Source: a candidate division Kazan bacterium GW2011_GWA1_50_15
GTDB lineage: Bacteria; Patescibacteriota; Kazan-3B-28
DNA length: 64,000 bases
Assembly: GCA_001029795.1 (NCBI GenBank)
Contig: CP011216.1
Span: forward strand, 134,903 to 198,902
Direction of reading: 5' to 3'
Shown here: one piece after another, positions 27,785 through 37,825 of the stretch
Layout: the number at the start of each line of letters is the position of its first letter
How positions within the stretch are numbered: the first letter of the stretch is position 1
The notes under the pieces: generated by a model
What the model saw: the letters and a program-made list of their open reading frames with translations, nothing else
Told to the model about the DNA's origin: nothing
Databases searched by the model: none
Position numbers and translations under genes: made by a program

Positions 27785-28039
27785 CACTTTTGAGCAAAGA
27801 ATTTGTCCATGCGTTCAAACTTGAAGCAAGACGCCAAGAGGGGTTTACTAATTCCTTCTGGCGGCAGTTAGCGGTTATCTTGGTGGCTATCGCCATTATC
27901 AACTGGGTAGGACCCAAGATCATTCTCTACGGAACAAACATCACCGCGAACTGGACCGGAATGTAATAAAAAGCGCGGAACGGCGCTTTACCAATTGCTC
28001 TGGCTTGTCCAGAATCTTTTATTTATCTAAGCGCCTGCG

Positions 28040-28290
28040 CGGCGCTTAACCCGCAATTATCTTTGCCACCTCATTTGCTTGTCCAAACGGGGTGGCGCCC
28101 CAAAAGACACCCCACTCACCGATTGCTAGCCAAACAGAAAAATTGACCTTTCTGGACTTAACGCAAACTTGCCCCGACTTTCAGCCGGGGCTTTGAACAA
28201 TGCTATCTATACCGGGCAATTTTTCTATTGGCGGACGCAATCGGCTCGAAGGGGTAGCGGAGAAATGGACGACCCTCCACTGACGGGCCA
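28040..28290 (+). repeat. Mosaic intergenic repeat, copy D (related to 42800-43075)
   Basis: Shares tctttgccacc...ccaaacgg-ggtggcgcc-caaaag...caccccgctcac, gacctttctgg and caatttttctattggcggacgcaa blocks with copy E. Confidence 0.6.
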
Positions 28291-28366
28291 GTAAAGAAAT
28301 AAAGAGAAGTCTCGACTTGCCATCTCTCTTGCTAACCTGCTGACCAGCTGTGGTCTGTGCTAAAAT

Positions 28367-29122
28367 GTGAGGGTTATGTCGAAACGAGGGAAGGCCAGAA
28401 AAGAGAAGAAACTAGCCACCAAACGCGAATGGGAGGCTGGCCAGCGCGCGCAGAGGCGTCAGCAGACGGCTTGGGTTCGCCGGCTGGCGGCTTGGGGCGG
28501 GATGGTGGTTGGAGGCGGTCTGTTGTTGGCAGGGCTGATCATAGGTGGGATGCGTCTGTTCCAGACCTATTCGCCCATGGTCAAAATTAGCGGGCCGTTC
28601 GGGAGTATCGCCAGATCCGAGCTGGCTGATAGTAAGTTCGTTACCCTGCAGACTACTGAAGGGGACATCAAACTGGAGTTGGATGTTAAGAATACGCCCA
28701 AGACGGCGGCCAACTTTGTGCTGCTGGCCGGGAAAGATTTTTATAACGGAGTGAAGTTTCACCGGATCATGAAGGACTTTATGGTCCAGTCCGGCGATCC
28801 CAACTCCAAGGATGACGATCCGGCCAATGATGGTCAGGGTGGTCCGGGGTATCAATTTGATAACGAGAAGATTACCGGTGAATACACTCGTGGTACGTTA
28901 GCGATGGCTAATGCCGGGGAGAATACTAACGGGAGCCAGTTTTTCATTATGCACAAGGACACTAATCTGCCAAAGAACTATGTCATATTCGGGCACGTGG
29001 TCGAGGGGTTAGATGTACTCGACAAGATCGCGGAGACCCCGGTTAAAGACAACGGGCAGGGGGAGGTTAGCCAACCCACCAAAGATGTGGTAATAAATAA
29101 GGTTATTTTGAGCAGTGAATAG
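28367..29122 (+). CDS. ppiB: Membrane-anchored peptidyl-prolyl cis-trans isomerase (cyclophilin type)
   Basis: Basic/TM N-terminus, then a cyclophilin core (FHRIMKDFMVQSGDP...GTLAMANAGENTNGSQFFI). Confidence 0.8.
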   Translation: MRVMSKRGKARKEKKLATKREWEAGQRAQRRQQTAWVRRLAAWGGMVVGGGLLLAGLIIGGMRLFQTYSPMVKISGPFGSIARSELADSKFVTLQTTEGDIKLELDVKNTPKTAANFVLLAGKDFYNGVKFHRIMKDFMVQSGDPNSKDDDPANDGQGGPGYQFDNEKITGEYTRGTLAMANAGENTNGSQFFIMHKDTNLPKNYVIFGHVVEGLDVLDKIAETPVKDNGQGEVSQPTKDVVINKVILSSE

Positions 29123-29152
29123 TTATCAACTGATTGATAAGATTTATTTCTT

Positions 29153-29183
29153 CCCATAATTCATGATTCATAATTCACTATTC
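29153..29183 (+). promoter_or_regulatory. AT-rich CATAATTC-N6-CATAATTC motif, copy 4 (8 bp upstream of ybaB)
   Basis: cccataattcatgattcataattcactattc. Confidence 0.4.
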
Positions 29184-29190
29184 CGAGACA

Positions 29191-29487
29191 ATGTTCGATA
29201 AAGCTAAAAAAATGTGGCAGGCGCAGTCTACTGCAAAAAGGGTGCAGAAGGAGTTGCGCGAGTTAGAGTTCGAGGGCGTGGAGTTGGGCGGCAAGGTCAG
29301 AGTGGTAGTGAACGGCGAACAAAAAGTACAAACCATCGACATCGCTGAGGAGCTGCTGACTCCTAGCGAAAAGGAGAGTCTGGAACGGTTTTTGAAGCAG
29401 GCCATTACCTCAGCTATTACCAAATCCCAACAGGCCGCCGCGCAGAAGATGAAGTCGGTGGCGGGGGAGCTGGGTCTAAATATATAA
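29191..29487 (+). CDS. ybaB: Nucleoid-associated protein YbaB/EbfC
   Basis: 98 aa with the YbaB pattern (ELEFEGVELGGKVRVVVNGEQKV); the conserved ybaB-recR pairing. Confidence 0.8.
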   Translation: MFDKAKKMWQAQSTAKRVQKELRELEFEGVELGGKVRVVVNGEQKVQTIDIAEELLTPSEKESLERFLKQAITSAITKSQQAAAQKMKSVAGELGLNI

Positions 29488-29553
29488 GAAAGTATCTAGT
29501 ATCTAGGACTCGAAATTTTATTCGTTATTTGTCATTTTTAATTTGTAATTGAC

Positions 29554-30174
29554 TTGTCCAATACTTTACCAAAATCGATCGAGCGGTTGATCGTCAGTTT
29601 AAGTCAACTGCCTGGTATCGGTCCCAAGACCGCATCGCGGCTGGTGTTTTACTTGATCCGCAATAATCAGGTAGATCTGCGGGGGTTAGGCGAGGCGGTA
29701 ACGGGGTTGAAGGACGATCTGGTCTACTGCGGTGTCTGTCATAACATCGCCGACTCTGACCCATGCGTTATCTGCGCCGATAAACATCGCCAGAGCGGGA
29801 TGCTCTGCGTGGTGGAAGAGCCGTTGGATGTACTGGCTCTAGAACGAGCCGGGTTTACCGGCTTATATCATGTACTGGGTGGCTCCATCTCGCCTCTAGA
29901 AGGCGTAGGCCCTAACGAGCTACAAATCAACAGCCTAGTCGAACGCTTAAAGGCTAATTCGCAGATCAAGGAGGTAATCATCGCGACTAATCCGGATGTG
30001 GAGGGGGAAGCGACAGCAGCCTATCTTATCAAACTGCTGCAGAACCTGCCGGTCAGTATCACGCGAATCGCGAGAGGGCTACCCATGGGCGGGGATCTGG
30101 AGTACGCCGACGAGCTGACTTTGAGTCGGGCGCTAGAAGGTCGCAACCCAATTAATCTCAATGCCAAAGTATGA
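29554..30174 (+). CDS. recR: Recombination protein RecR
   Basis: HhH (LPGIGPKTASRL), C4 zinc finger (CGVCHN...CVIC) and a Toprim domain. Confidence 0.85.
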   Translation: MSNTLPKSIERLIVSLSQLPGIGPKTASRLVFYLIRNNQVDLRGLGEAVTGLKDDLVYCGVCHNIADSDPCVICADKHRQSGMLCVVEEPLDVLALERAGFTGLYHVLGGSISPLEGVGPNELQINSLVERLKANSQIKEVIIATNPDVEGEATAAYLIKLLQNLPVSITRIARGLPMGGDLEYADELTLSRALEGRNPINLNAKV

Positions 30175-31082
30175 CGACTAGCCCAAAAATCGGTTGGGTA
30201 CTGCAGGCGCTGTTCGTGGTGTTTCTCTGGTCAGCGGCCAAGATCATTATCAAGTTGGGGGTGCAGACCCTGCCGCCTTTCATCTTTGCCGCGGCTGTGC
30301 AGGTAGCGGCCGTTGCCGGTCTTTTGATCTACTACCGGTTTCATAAAAAACGTTACCGAGTAAAGTTCACTCGACAGGATATCCAGCTGATGGTTCTGCT
30401 GGGGTTAGTTGCCTTTGGCGGGGCAACTCTATTTTCGACTATTGGTCTGCAGTACGTCACGGGCGCCACGGCCGGGTTGATCGCCGCGCTGAATCCGTTA
30501 ATGGCGATTGGTCTGGCTGCTGTTATCTTGCGCGAAAAACCAGCAATAGCTCAATATCTGGGCGTGGCGGTAATGATAGCCGGCGCCTATATCTTTCTAC
30601 GCCAGGGCGACGTATCAGGCGCTTTGATCGGCATCTTACTGCTGCTCTTAGCCGAGGCGGGATTCGCTTTCAATAACGTCTTAGTGCGTCTGATCTCGCG
30701 CCAGCCTGGTGACGAATCGTTGACCATTACACTAGTGGGTAACCTGGTGGGGATGAGCGTGCTGGTCCCGCTAGGGCTGGCCATGGATGGGCTGCCGCCA
30801 GCCCTGTTGGAGTGGCGAATGATGGCAGTAGTGGTTGTAGTCGGGCTGATCTTTGGCTTTGGGGGGCTGCTATGGGCTGGGGTATTGGATAAACTGCGGA
30901 TTGTGGAGGCGACGGTGTTGAGCAACACCATGATAGTCCAGGTGGCGGTGTTGTCGGTTCTGTTCTTGGGCGAGGTTTTGACGTTTAATAACATTGCCGG
31001 CGGTTTGCTAGTTCTGGCGGGAGCGATAGTGACGGATAGAAACCTGCTCATGCCGCCTCAGGCTAATTTACGGCCAACGTGA
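30171..31082 (+). CDS. EamA/DMT-family transporter
   Basis: 10-TM protein with duplicated EamA-like halves. Confidence 0.65.
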   Translation: MTTSPKIGWVLQALFVVFLWSAAKIIIKLGVQTLPPFIFAAAVQVAAVAGLLIYYRFHKKRYRVKFTRQDIQLMVLLGLVAFGGATLFSTIGLQYVTGATAGLIAALNPLMAIGLAAVILREKPAIAQYLGVAVMIAGAYIFLRQGDVSGALIGILLLLLAEAGFAFNNVLVRLISRQPGDESLTITLVGNLVGMSVLVPLGLAMDGLPPALLEWRMMAVVVVVGLIFGFGGLLWAGVLDKLRIVEATVLSNTMIVQVAVLSVLFLGEVLTFNNIAGGLLVLAGAIVTDRNLLMPPQANLRPT

Positions 31083-32470
31083 TAAAACTTTTCAATACTT
31101 TAAACCGCAAGTTACAAACCTTTACCCCTATCCATAAGGGGCGGGTCTCGATGTATACCTGCGGCCCGACAGTGTACAGCTACGCGCATATCGGCAACCT
31201 AAGGGCGTACATTGCGGCGGATATGTTGCGCCGAGTGTTAGAGTATAACGGGCTAAAGGTTAAACAAGTGATCAACATTACGGATGTCGGTCATTTAACC
31301 TCGAACGCCGATACCGGCGAGGACAAAGTGGAACAAGAGGCCAAAAAAGAGTACAAGACCGCCAAACAGATCACCAAATTCTACGCTGATCAATTCATAA
31401 AGGACATTAAGGCGCTAAACATTAAATCGCCAGTCAAATTTGCTTGGGCAAGTAAGTATATCAAAGAACAGATCACTCTCATTAGGCGATTAGAGAGAAA
31501 AGGATATACCTACACAACCTCGGACGGCGTGTACTTTGATACCGCCAAGTTCAAGGGCTACGGCCGGTTGGGTAAGATCAGCAGCGGGAAAGCCCGCATA
31601 GCGCATAGTTTGGGGAAAAAGCGGGAGACGGATTTCGCGCTATGGAAGTTTTCGGCTAAAGGCGAAAAGCGGCAGCAGGAGTGGCTAAGCCCCTGGGGGG
31701 TGGCCACTGGCCCGGGGAAACGGCCTCTGGCCCGGAGAGGTTTCCCGGGCTGGCATATCGAGTGTTCGGCTATCTCTACCACAGAGTTAGGTCAGCCCTT
31801 TGATATCCACACTGGCGGTATCGACCACGTGTTGATCCACCACAACGACGAAATAGCTCAGAGCGAAGCGGCGTACGGTAAACCGTTGGCTAATTTTTGG
31901 ATCCATAACGAATTTTTGTTGGTGGACGACAAAAAGATGGCAAAGAGCGTCCGGAATTTTTACACGCTGGCCGATGTGGTGAAGTTAGGATACGACCAAA
32001 TGGCGTTCCGGTATCTGGCTATCGCGGGGCAGTACCGCAATAAACTGCATTTTTCTAAAGCCGCGCTGGAAGGAGCGCAGAACTCATTGGATAAACTGCG
32101 AGGTGTCTTTAACGAAAAAACAAAGGGCGGGAAAGTTGCCCAAGCATATAAGAAAAAGTTTTTATCGGCGATTAATGATGACCTCAATCTACCGAGAGCG
32201 CTCTCAGTGGTGTGGGACCTTGTAAGGTCCGATAGAACACTGGCGGATAAACAGGCCACGTTGCTTGATTTTGATCGGGTCTTGGGGCTGGGGCTGATGG
32301 GCGTTAAACCGCTAAAAATTCCGTCTGAGATAGCTAAATTAGCACGTAGACGCGAGATAGCCAGAAGGGCGGGGGACTGGAGGCTGGCGGATAAAATTAG
32401 AATTCAGATCGCCAAAGCTGGCTTTGCGGTCGATGATACTAACCGGGGGCCTAAATTACGTAAAAAATAG
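31079..32470 (+). CDS. cysS: Cysteinyl-tRNA synthetase
   Basis: MYTCGPTVYSYAHIGNLR (HIGH) and KMAKSVRNF (KMSKS), with a DALR-like C-terminus. Confidence 0.85.
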   Translation: MIKLFNTLNRKLQTFTPIHKGRVSMYTCGPTVYSYAHIGNLRAYIAADMLRRVLEYNGLKVKQVINITDVGHLTSNADTGEDKVEQEAKKEYKTAKQITKFYADQFIKDIKALNIKSPVKFAWASKYIKEQITLIRRLERKGYTYTTSDGVYFDTAKFKGYGRLGKISSGKARIAHSLGKKRETDFALWKFSAKGEKRQQEWLSPWGVATGPGKRPLARRGFPGWHIECSAISTTELGQPFDIHTGGIDHVLIHHNDEIAQSEAAYGKPLANFWIHNEFLLVDDKKMAKSVRNFYTLADVVKLGYDQMAFRYLAIAGQYRNKLHFSKAALEGAQNSLDKLRGVFNEKTKGGKVAQAYKKKFLSAINDDLNLPRALSVVWDLVRSDRTLADKQATLLDFDRVLGLGLMGVKPLKIPSEIAKLARRREIARRAGDWRLADKIRIQIAKAGFAVDDTNRGPKLRKK

Positions 32471-32781
32471 GCCGCTGGTTTGAAACCAAACGGCCTGTCG
32501 TGCGACGCAAGCCATCCCAGGATGGGGCCTAATGTAGGCTCCTCCGCCTTTACCCAGATACTGGATGTCTGCGTTTAGTCTCCACGGGAGTAGAGACTAG
32601 CAAAAAAAGAACAACCAGGCGGGTCAGTGAAATGATAGCACGGGCGAACGCCCGGCCCGCCTTATGATAATGATAGTAATGATAACGTGCCCCCGCTTGT
32701 AGGATAGTAGCACGAGGGTCGCTCTATGTCAATAGAGAAAAACAGGCTCTGGAACGGGTTGTTTTGGGCGGGGGATAGGGG

Positions 32782-33444
32782 TCAGCGGCGGCTTTTGGCA
32801 AACCAAATGTAAGACATCAAAATAGGGATGACGGTTGCCAAAACGATGCCGGTCATTGGCAGGTAGAAATTCCAGGGGACAGGCAGGAAGGGGGCGGATA
32901 GGAACAGCACCCCGCCAAGGACGAACATATACGAACCCAGGCGATGAGTTTTGTGCCAATTATCTTCCGAGGAGAGTGTCCACGGTGTCCGGATACCCAT
33001 AAAGAAGTTAGAACGGACTTGACCCAAATAGTTGCCGATCAGGATAAACAGCACGCCGACTATTACCGGTACGATCACCCCGATAGCTACCGGTACGCCG
33101 GTCACCCCGGAGTAGGTAGTGATGGCGAACAGCACAGCGAAAAACGCCATCATAAAGTTGCGAATGAGGGTGTAGAATCCCCAGGACTGGATGAAGTGAT
33201 TCCGGCGCGGTTCAATGTAGGGGAGGGCCAAAAAAAGTAGATAGAGAGCCAACATCATGCCAGGGACCCCGATGACATGCCCCAGCCGCGAAGTCCAACC
33301 ATCGACTTGTCCGGTAATGCCCCAATGCGAGGGCACACGGTCGGGGAGTAGGGGATAAGCCCATAGCCCGCCGGCGATGACCGCTGCTATCATTAATACC
33401 GAGAACCATTCCGACTTAACCGTAAACTTGATCTTCTGTGTCAT
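32782..33444 (-). CDS. SdpI/YhfL-family (DUF1648-like) membrane protein
   Basis: Polytopic membrane protein with a PDRVPSHWGITGQVDGW motif typical of DUF1648/SdpI-like immunity proteins. Co-oriented with the upstream ArsR-like gene (4-nt overlap). Confidence 0.5.
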   Translation of the reverse strand: MTQKIKFTVKSEWFSVLMIAAVIAGGLWAYPLLPDRVPSHWGITGQVDGWTSRLGHVIGVPGMMLALYLLFLALPYIEPRRNHFIQSWGFYTLIRNFMMAFFAVLFAITTYSGVTGVPVAIGVIVPVIVGVLFILIGNYLGQVRSNFFMGIRTPWTLSSEDNWHKTHRLGSYMFVLGGVLFLSAPFLPVPWNFYLPMTGIVLATVIPILMSYIWFAKSRR

Positions 33445-33710
33445 TTGAAACCCTCCAAGAAATTATTTAATAGTTCGTAGAATACGGTGGCGTTCAGTGA
33501 GTAGTAGATCTTTTGGCCTTCCTTGTCCGCGGTGATGAGGTTGGCCGCTTTCAAGAGGCTGAGGTGGTGTGACAGGGATGGTTTAGAGATAGAGAAGTAG
33601 GTGCTAAGCTCCCCCGGGGTCATTGACCGGTTGCGGAGTTTTTTGAGGATATCTCGGCGGGTCGGATCGGATAAGGCCTTAAATGCGAGCGAAACATCGC
33701 GGATAGCCAT
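33441..33710 (-). CDS. ArsR/SmtB-family transcriptional repressor (SdpR-like)
   Basis: 89 aa; LSDPTRRDILKKL...MTPGELSTYFSISKPSLSHHLSLLKAANLI is a canonical ArsR wHTH. Confidence 0.75.
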   Translation of the reverse strand: MAIRDVSLAFKALSDPTRRDILKKLRNRSMTPGELSTYFSISKPSLSHHLSLLKAANLITADKEGQKIYYSLNATVFYELLNNFLEGFK

Positions 33711-33722
33711 TTGATATATATT

Positions 33723-33744
33723 TAGATAATTGTCTAACTATCTA
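33723..33744 (+). promoter_or_regulatory. Candidate ArsR-type operator (inverted repeat TAGATA-N10-TATCTA)
   Basis: tagataattgtctaactatcta lies 13 bp upstream of the arsR-like start, in the divergent promoter region. Confidence 0.4.
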
Positions 33745-33896
33745 ATTATATTGAGAGATTTTGTTTGAGTCAAGAGGGGAGGTAATCCACCGGAAGACCC
33801 GTTTTGGCTAAATCTGATTTTTGACGATTTTTTGGTTTTGGTTTACGCTGGCTAAGTCGCCGGTTAAGGCGATGATTTTTACCTTAACAATGGGGA

Positions 33897-34571
33897 GTGT
33901 GGTGGGATATGAGGAAAAATGGCGGGATGGTGCTGATGATGCGCCACGCTGATGTCTATGACAACCCTGGAACGACCCGCCGGCTATACGGCAACCTTGA
34001 TGGGTTTTGGCTGAGTCAACTGGGTGTGCGCCAAGCGATGGATGCGGGCAAATTCTTACGGAAACTGTGCCGGTTGGATGTAGTTATCCATTCGCCGCTG
34101 GAGCGGACCGAACAGACCGCGCGGATAGTTATTGACCATAACTTAGGCGAACCTAAACGGTTTGCCGACTCGGCGCTGTTAGACATCATTGTCCCGCCGT
34201 GGCAGGGCAAGGTGTCGCGGAGTCGTTGGACTAAGCACCGGAAGTCGTTCTGGGCACAGCAGATGACGGGGGCCTTGCCCGGCCTAGAGCATCCTGAAAA
34301 AACCCAGCGGAGAGTGGTCGAGTGCATCGAACGGGCGATCCAGCGATATCCGGGTCGGAACTTGCTATTTGTAACCCACGGAGATCCGATGTGTTTTTTG
34401 TTCGAGTATCTGCGGGGTGAATCGCTGGAACCGCTGGTGAGCTACCCCTTGGGGGTAAACAAGGCCACGGTGTTCATGGCCTGTTTTGAACCAGGCATCG
34501 AACCGGACGAAGCGGTGCGCAAGCTCTTCGAGCCGGGCGAATACAGCACGGTCTACCCTCGCCCTAAGTAG
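33897..34571 (+). CDS. Histidine phosphatase (phosphoglycerate mutase-like) family protein
   Basis: LMMRHAD N-terminal motif and VTHGDPM C-terminal His motif. Confidence 0.5.
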   Translation: MWWDMRKNGGMVLMMRHADVYDNPGTTRRLYGNLDGFWLSQLGVRQAMDAGKFLRKLCRLDVVIHSPLERTEQTARIVIDHNLGEPKRFADSALLDIIVPPWQGKVSRSRWTKHRKSFWAQQMTGALPGLEHPEKTQRRVVECIERAIQRYPGRNLLFVTHGDPMCFLFEYLRGESLEPLVSYPLGVNKATVFMACFEPGIEPDEAVRKLFEPGEYSTVYPRPK

Positions 34572-34575
34572 TTTT

Positions 34576-34605
34576 ATCCCCGGCGCTTCGGCGCCGGGGA
34601 TTTTT
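34576..34605 (+). terminator. Rho-independent terminator
   Basis: atccccggcgc-ttcg-gcgccggggat followed by ttttt. Confidence 0.7.
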
Positions 34606-34674
34606 ATAAGGTTGGCTCTCCCCTACTGGTTTTACAAAAAACTGCCTCTGGTCTAAGGTATAATGAGTTCGCAT

Positions 34675-34748
34675 TCCCGGATCGTCTAGCGGCAGGACAC
34701 TTGGTTTTGGTCCAAGGAACCGGGGTTCGAATCCCTGTCCGGGAGCCA
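34675..34748 (+). tRNA. tRNA-Gln (anticodon TTG), CCA encoded
   Basis: Cloverleaf with acceptor tcccgga/tccggga, anticodon stem cttgg/ccaag, loop ttTTGgt, T-arm cgggg-ttcgaat-ccctg, discriminator G and CCA. A TATAAT sits 12 bp upstream. Confidence 0.75.
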
Positions 34749-34755
34749 GGCACTT

Positions 34756-35355
34756 ATGATCGAAATTGAACGAAAAATTAAGCTTAGCGAACAAGACGAG
34801 GCGCGATTAACAGAAGGTGCCGAGTTGATGAGCGAGAAAACCTTTGCGGATGTCTATTACGACGGTCCTGATTTTGCTTTGACTACTCAAGACAAGTGGC
34901 TGCGCTCTCGGGCGGGCCGATGGGAGCTCAAAGTTGCTGTACACGAGAGTTTGGAGCGGCAGGCGGATCAGTATGACGAGATAGAAGATGAAGCGGGGAT
35001 TCGCGCATCACTGGGTCTGCCGCCTGGTGATGATTTAGCCGCGGACATTGCGCAGGCAGGTTACGCACCGTTCGCGTCCCCCATCACGACTCGGAAGAAA
35101 TATCGCAGCGGCCAATTTACCATCGACTTGGACACCGTTGATTTTGGTGATTCAACTTACACCCTGGGTGAGATCGAAGTGATGGCAGAGGATCAGTCGC
35201 AGGCCGACGACGCGGCAAGGTCAATTATCGAGTTTGCCAAGGAGCGGGGAGTAGAGATTAAACCAACCCGGGGGAAGATAATCGAATATTTGAAACGATT
35301 CCGGCTAGAGCATTACCAGGCGTTGGTGGAGGCGGGGATAGTGAAGGATTTCTAG
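34756..35355 (+). CDS. CYTH-domain (triphosphate tunnel metalloenzyme) protein
   Basis: MIEIERKIKL (the EIEIK/ExExK CYTH signature) and an acidic beta-barrel pattern. Confidence 0.55.
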   Translation: MIEIERKIKLSEQDEARLTEGAELMSEKTFADVYYDGPDFALTTQDKWLRSRAGRWELKVAVHESLERQADQYDEIEDEAGIRASLGLPPGDDLAADIAQAGYAPFASPITTRKKYRSGQFTIDLDTVDFGDSTYTLGEIEVMAEDQSQADDAARSIIEFAKERGVEIKPTRGKIIEYLKRFRLEHYQALVEAGIVKDF

Positions 35356-35478
35356 GGTAGGGCGGCTCCCACCGGCCACTATCTGATGGTGGATTTTTCT
35401 TGCTCTGGGAACAGTTTTGGGGTATAAAGCGGGTGGTTCTTTGAGAACTAATTTTGCCCATCAAGGAGGGCCGCGCAT

Positions 35479-36499
35479 GAAGATGCGAGAAGTGGTAGTG
35501 GCTGGGACGGGGAGGTACCTTCCTGAGAGAGTGGTTACTAACGCGGAGTTGGTCGAGAGGTTGAAACAGATCGCTCCTGATACCACAGAGGAATGGATCG
35601 TCGAGAAAACTGGGGTCTGCCAGCGCCATGTGGCCGCTCCCGATGAACACACCTCCGATATGGCGTTCGAGGCCGCGCACGCCTGTTTGCACAAAGCGGG
35701 AGTCGACGCAAAAGACCTCGATCTCATCGTGGTGCCGACGGTCAGCGGCGATACCAACTTTCCGGCGACGGCCAATTGGCTGCAAGGCAAGCTGGAAAAT
35801 ACCAAAGCGTGGGCGTTCGATGTGAACGCTGGCTGTTCGGGGTTCATCTATGCCCTGTCTGCGGTAACGGCTTTGATCCGGGCAAGGCAGAGCGACCTGG
35901 TGTTGGTGGTCGGAGCGGAGAAGATGTCGGCGTTATACGATCCGCAGGACCGCACCTCTTATCCGCTTGCCGGCGACGGCGCCGCCGCGCTGCTGCTGCA
36001 GAGCATCGGACCGGAGGATAACTCCAAGTGGTACGGCATCCGCGGGTTTTATCTCCAGAGCGACGGCCAGATGGCGGATGTGTTGAAACAGCCGCTTGGC
36101 GGGACCAGCGAACCATTAACACGAGAGAACATAGACGACCCCAAGCGGTATCTCTGCATGGATGGCCCAAGAGTGTACCAACACGCTATCCGCAGGATGG
36201 TAGAGTCGGTTAACGGTGTGCTGGACAAGGTCCATGTGCAGAAGGACGAAGTTAACTGGTTCGTTGGTCATCAGGCCAATGGCCGTATTCTCGAGAAGGT
36301 CGCAGCGAAGTTGGGGGTGCCCGTGGAAAAGGTGTACATCAACATCAACAAGTATGCCAACACGACCTCGGCTACTATCCCGATCTGTCTCGACGAGCTG
36401 GCTGAGTCAGGCCAACTCAAACCGGGCCACAAAGTCGTGCTCTTCACTTTTGGTACAGGTTTCACTTGGGGAGCCTGCTACCTGGTGTGGGGAAACTGA
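35479..36499 (+). CDS. fabH: 3-oxoacyl-ACP synthase III (FabH/KAS III-like)
   Basis: FabH-like thiolase fold (NAGCSGFIYAL active-site Cys region, His/Asn C-terminal motifs GHQANGRI, NKYANTTSATIP, FGTGFTWG). Start placed at MKMREVVVAGTG. No other fab genes in the window. Confidence 0.7.
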
Positions 36500-36527
36500 T
36501 GGTGAAGCATCTGACGAGCGTTGGATT

Positions 36528-36567
36528 GCCCTAGTCCTGCTGTATTTGCGGGGCTAGGGCTTTTTTC
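36528..36567 (+). terminator. Rho-independent terminator after fabH
   Basis: gccctag...ctagggc stem followed by tttttt. Confidence 0.6.
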
Positions 36568-36637
36568 TTGCTCTGGGAGTAGGTTTGTGATACTCTCAGG
36601 CCGTTATTTCAATGCTCTTTGTCAGGAGGGGAACATC

Positions 36638-37036
36638 ATGCCGCGACGGTCAAAGAAGAAGTTTTGGGCTGAAGTGAATGCGCGCCGGTCTGCAAGATGG
36701 TCGCGAATCGGCCGGGAGTTCGAGGGTGAGGTTCTGGAGTTGCTGAAGGCGGCTCAAGAGAACGATACGCCCATCTTTACCAACGTAATTCACCATACGC
36801 CATACAGCGGGGCCGACTACGCTGGTAAGGATTTTACGGTGACGCGCTATGTCGATGGGCACACCGAGCACCGGTCGTTCGGTATAACCATCTCAAAGCA
36901 CAAGATCCAGGACGCGCAGATGCTTCATCCGGGAGTCCCCCAATTTCATTTTCCGATCGGTACCAAGCCAGAGACGATCGTCGCCAGGGTGAAGGCTTTG
37001 TTTAATGATCCGTCTCCGCCAGAAACTCCGTCATAG
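36638..37036 (+). CDS. Hypothetical protein
   Basis: 132 aa from the ATG after a GGAGGGG SD; no recognisable domain. A terminator follows at 37036-37062. Confidence 0.35.
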   Translation: MPRRSKKKFWAEVNARRSARWSRIGREFEGEVLELLKAAQENDTPIFTNVIHHTPYSGADYAGKDFTVTRYVDGHTEHRSFGITISKHKIQDAQMLHPGVPQFHFPIGTKPETIVARVKALFNDPSPPETPS

Positions 37037-37114
37037 TCTCCGAAGGGCATCGGAGACTTTTTATTAGATAAAAAAAGCCAGCATAAACGCTGGCTTCTCT
37101 GTTTGAGGCACGGC

Positions 37115-37825
37115 CTAGGCTCCGCCGCAAATGGGCTGGAGGTAGCTGTGGTATTTAACCACTTTGTCCGTGTGAGTTGGCCCGCCCAGCAAGCCTCGGG
37201 TCAAGTCACAGGCAGTTGCTAAGCTAAGTCCGCTGTGGGCGGTCGAAAGCCCAGGGACGAGTTGGTGTTGGTCGTGATCAGACGCCCGGCGGAAAGCGAG
37301 GAGTTTGCGGGGGTTGCCGACCGCCTCCGCGATAACGACGGCCTGTTCCGAGACGAAAATTTCAAGTTCCAAGCGGTCGATGTCGAAATTCTCGATCAGC
37401 GGGCGCAGACGCTCGATGCGCTGCTGCAAGGATGAGGGGAGTTGAGCAAAGCGCCGTCGCAGATCCATCTTAAGTTTGTCATACCGCTTCTGGTCCCGGT
37501 CGTGCATGCACTGGATGGTGCGGCGATTTTCAGCGTCTAACATTTCTCTAGTCATATACCGATAGACGTTGCGGTTGATGACGATGCCCCGGATATGCCC
37601 ACAGACTTCCCCACGCGCATCGAGCTGGCCGTAGAGACGGCCCCGATCTCCCTTGCGGGGAGCGGGCGTGCCGCGCCGCCGCTGTGGCAGAACGAAGGCG
37701 ATGCAAGGTTTCGCTTGCGGCCGGACAGCGGGAGTGAAGTATACATCCCAGTACTTAGGATGCGCCACAACATTGGTGACCAAGATGCCCTCAAACTCTT
37801 GGTCGTTGGGGTCGATCTTTGCCAA
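37115..37825 (-). CDS. Hypothetical protein (GC-rich)
   Basis: 236-aa ORF, convergent with the previous gene, with its own terminator (37076-37095, minus strand). Confidence 0.35.
   Translation of the reverse strand: MAKIDPNDQEFEGILVTNVVAHPKYWDVYFTPAVRPQAKPCIAFVLPQRRRGTPAPRKGDRGRLYGQLDARGEVCGHIRGIVINRNVYRYMTREMLDAENRRTIQCMHDRDQKRYDKLKMDLRRRFAQLPSSLQQRIERLRPLIENFDIDRLELEIFVSEQAVVIAEAVGNPRKLLAFRRASDHDQHQLVPGLSTAHSGLSLATACDLTRGLLGGPTHTDKVVKYHSYLQPICGGA

Noticed and set aside
27742-27966. 74-aa ORF overlapping the 3' end of the secreted-protein gene in another frame (a small TM protein)
   Set aside because: It could be a genuine small membrane protein or a frameshifted C-terminus of the upstream gene. 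Without homology I cannot tell, so I am not annotating it.
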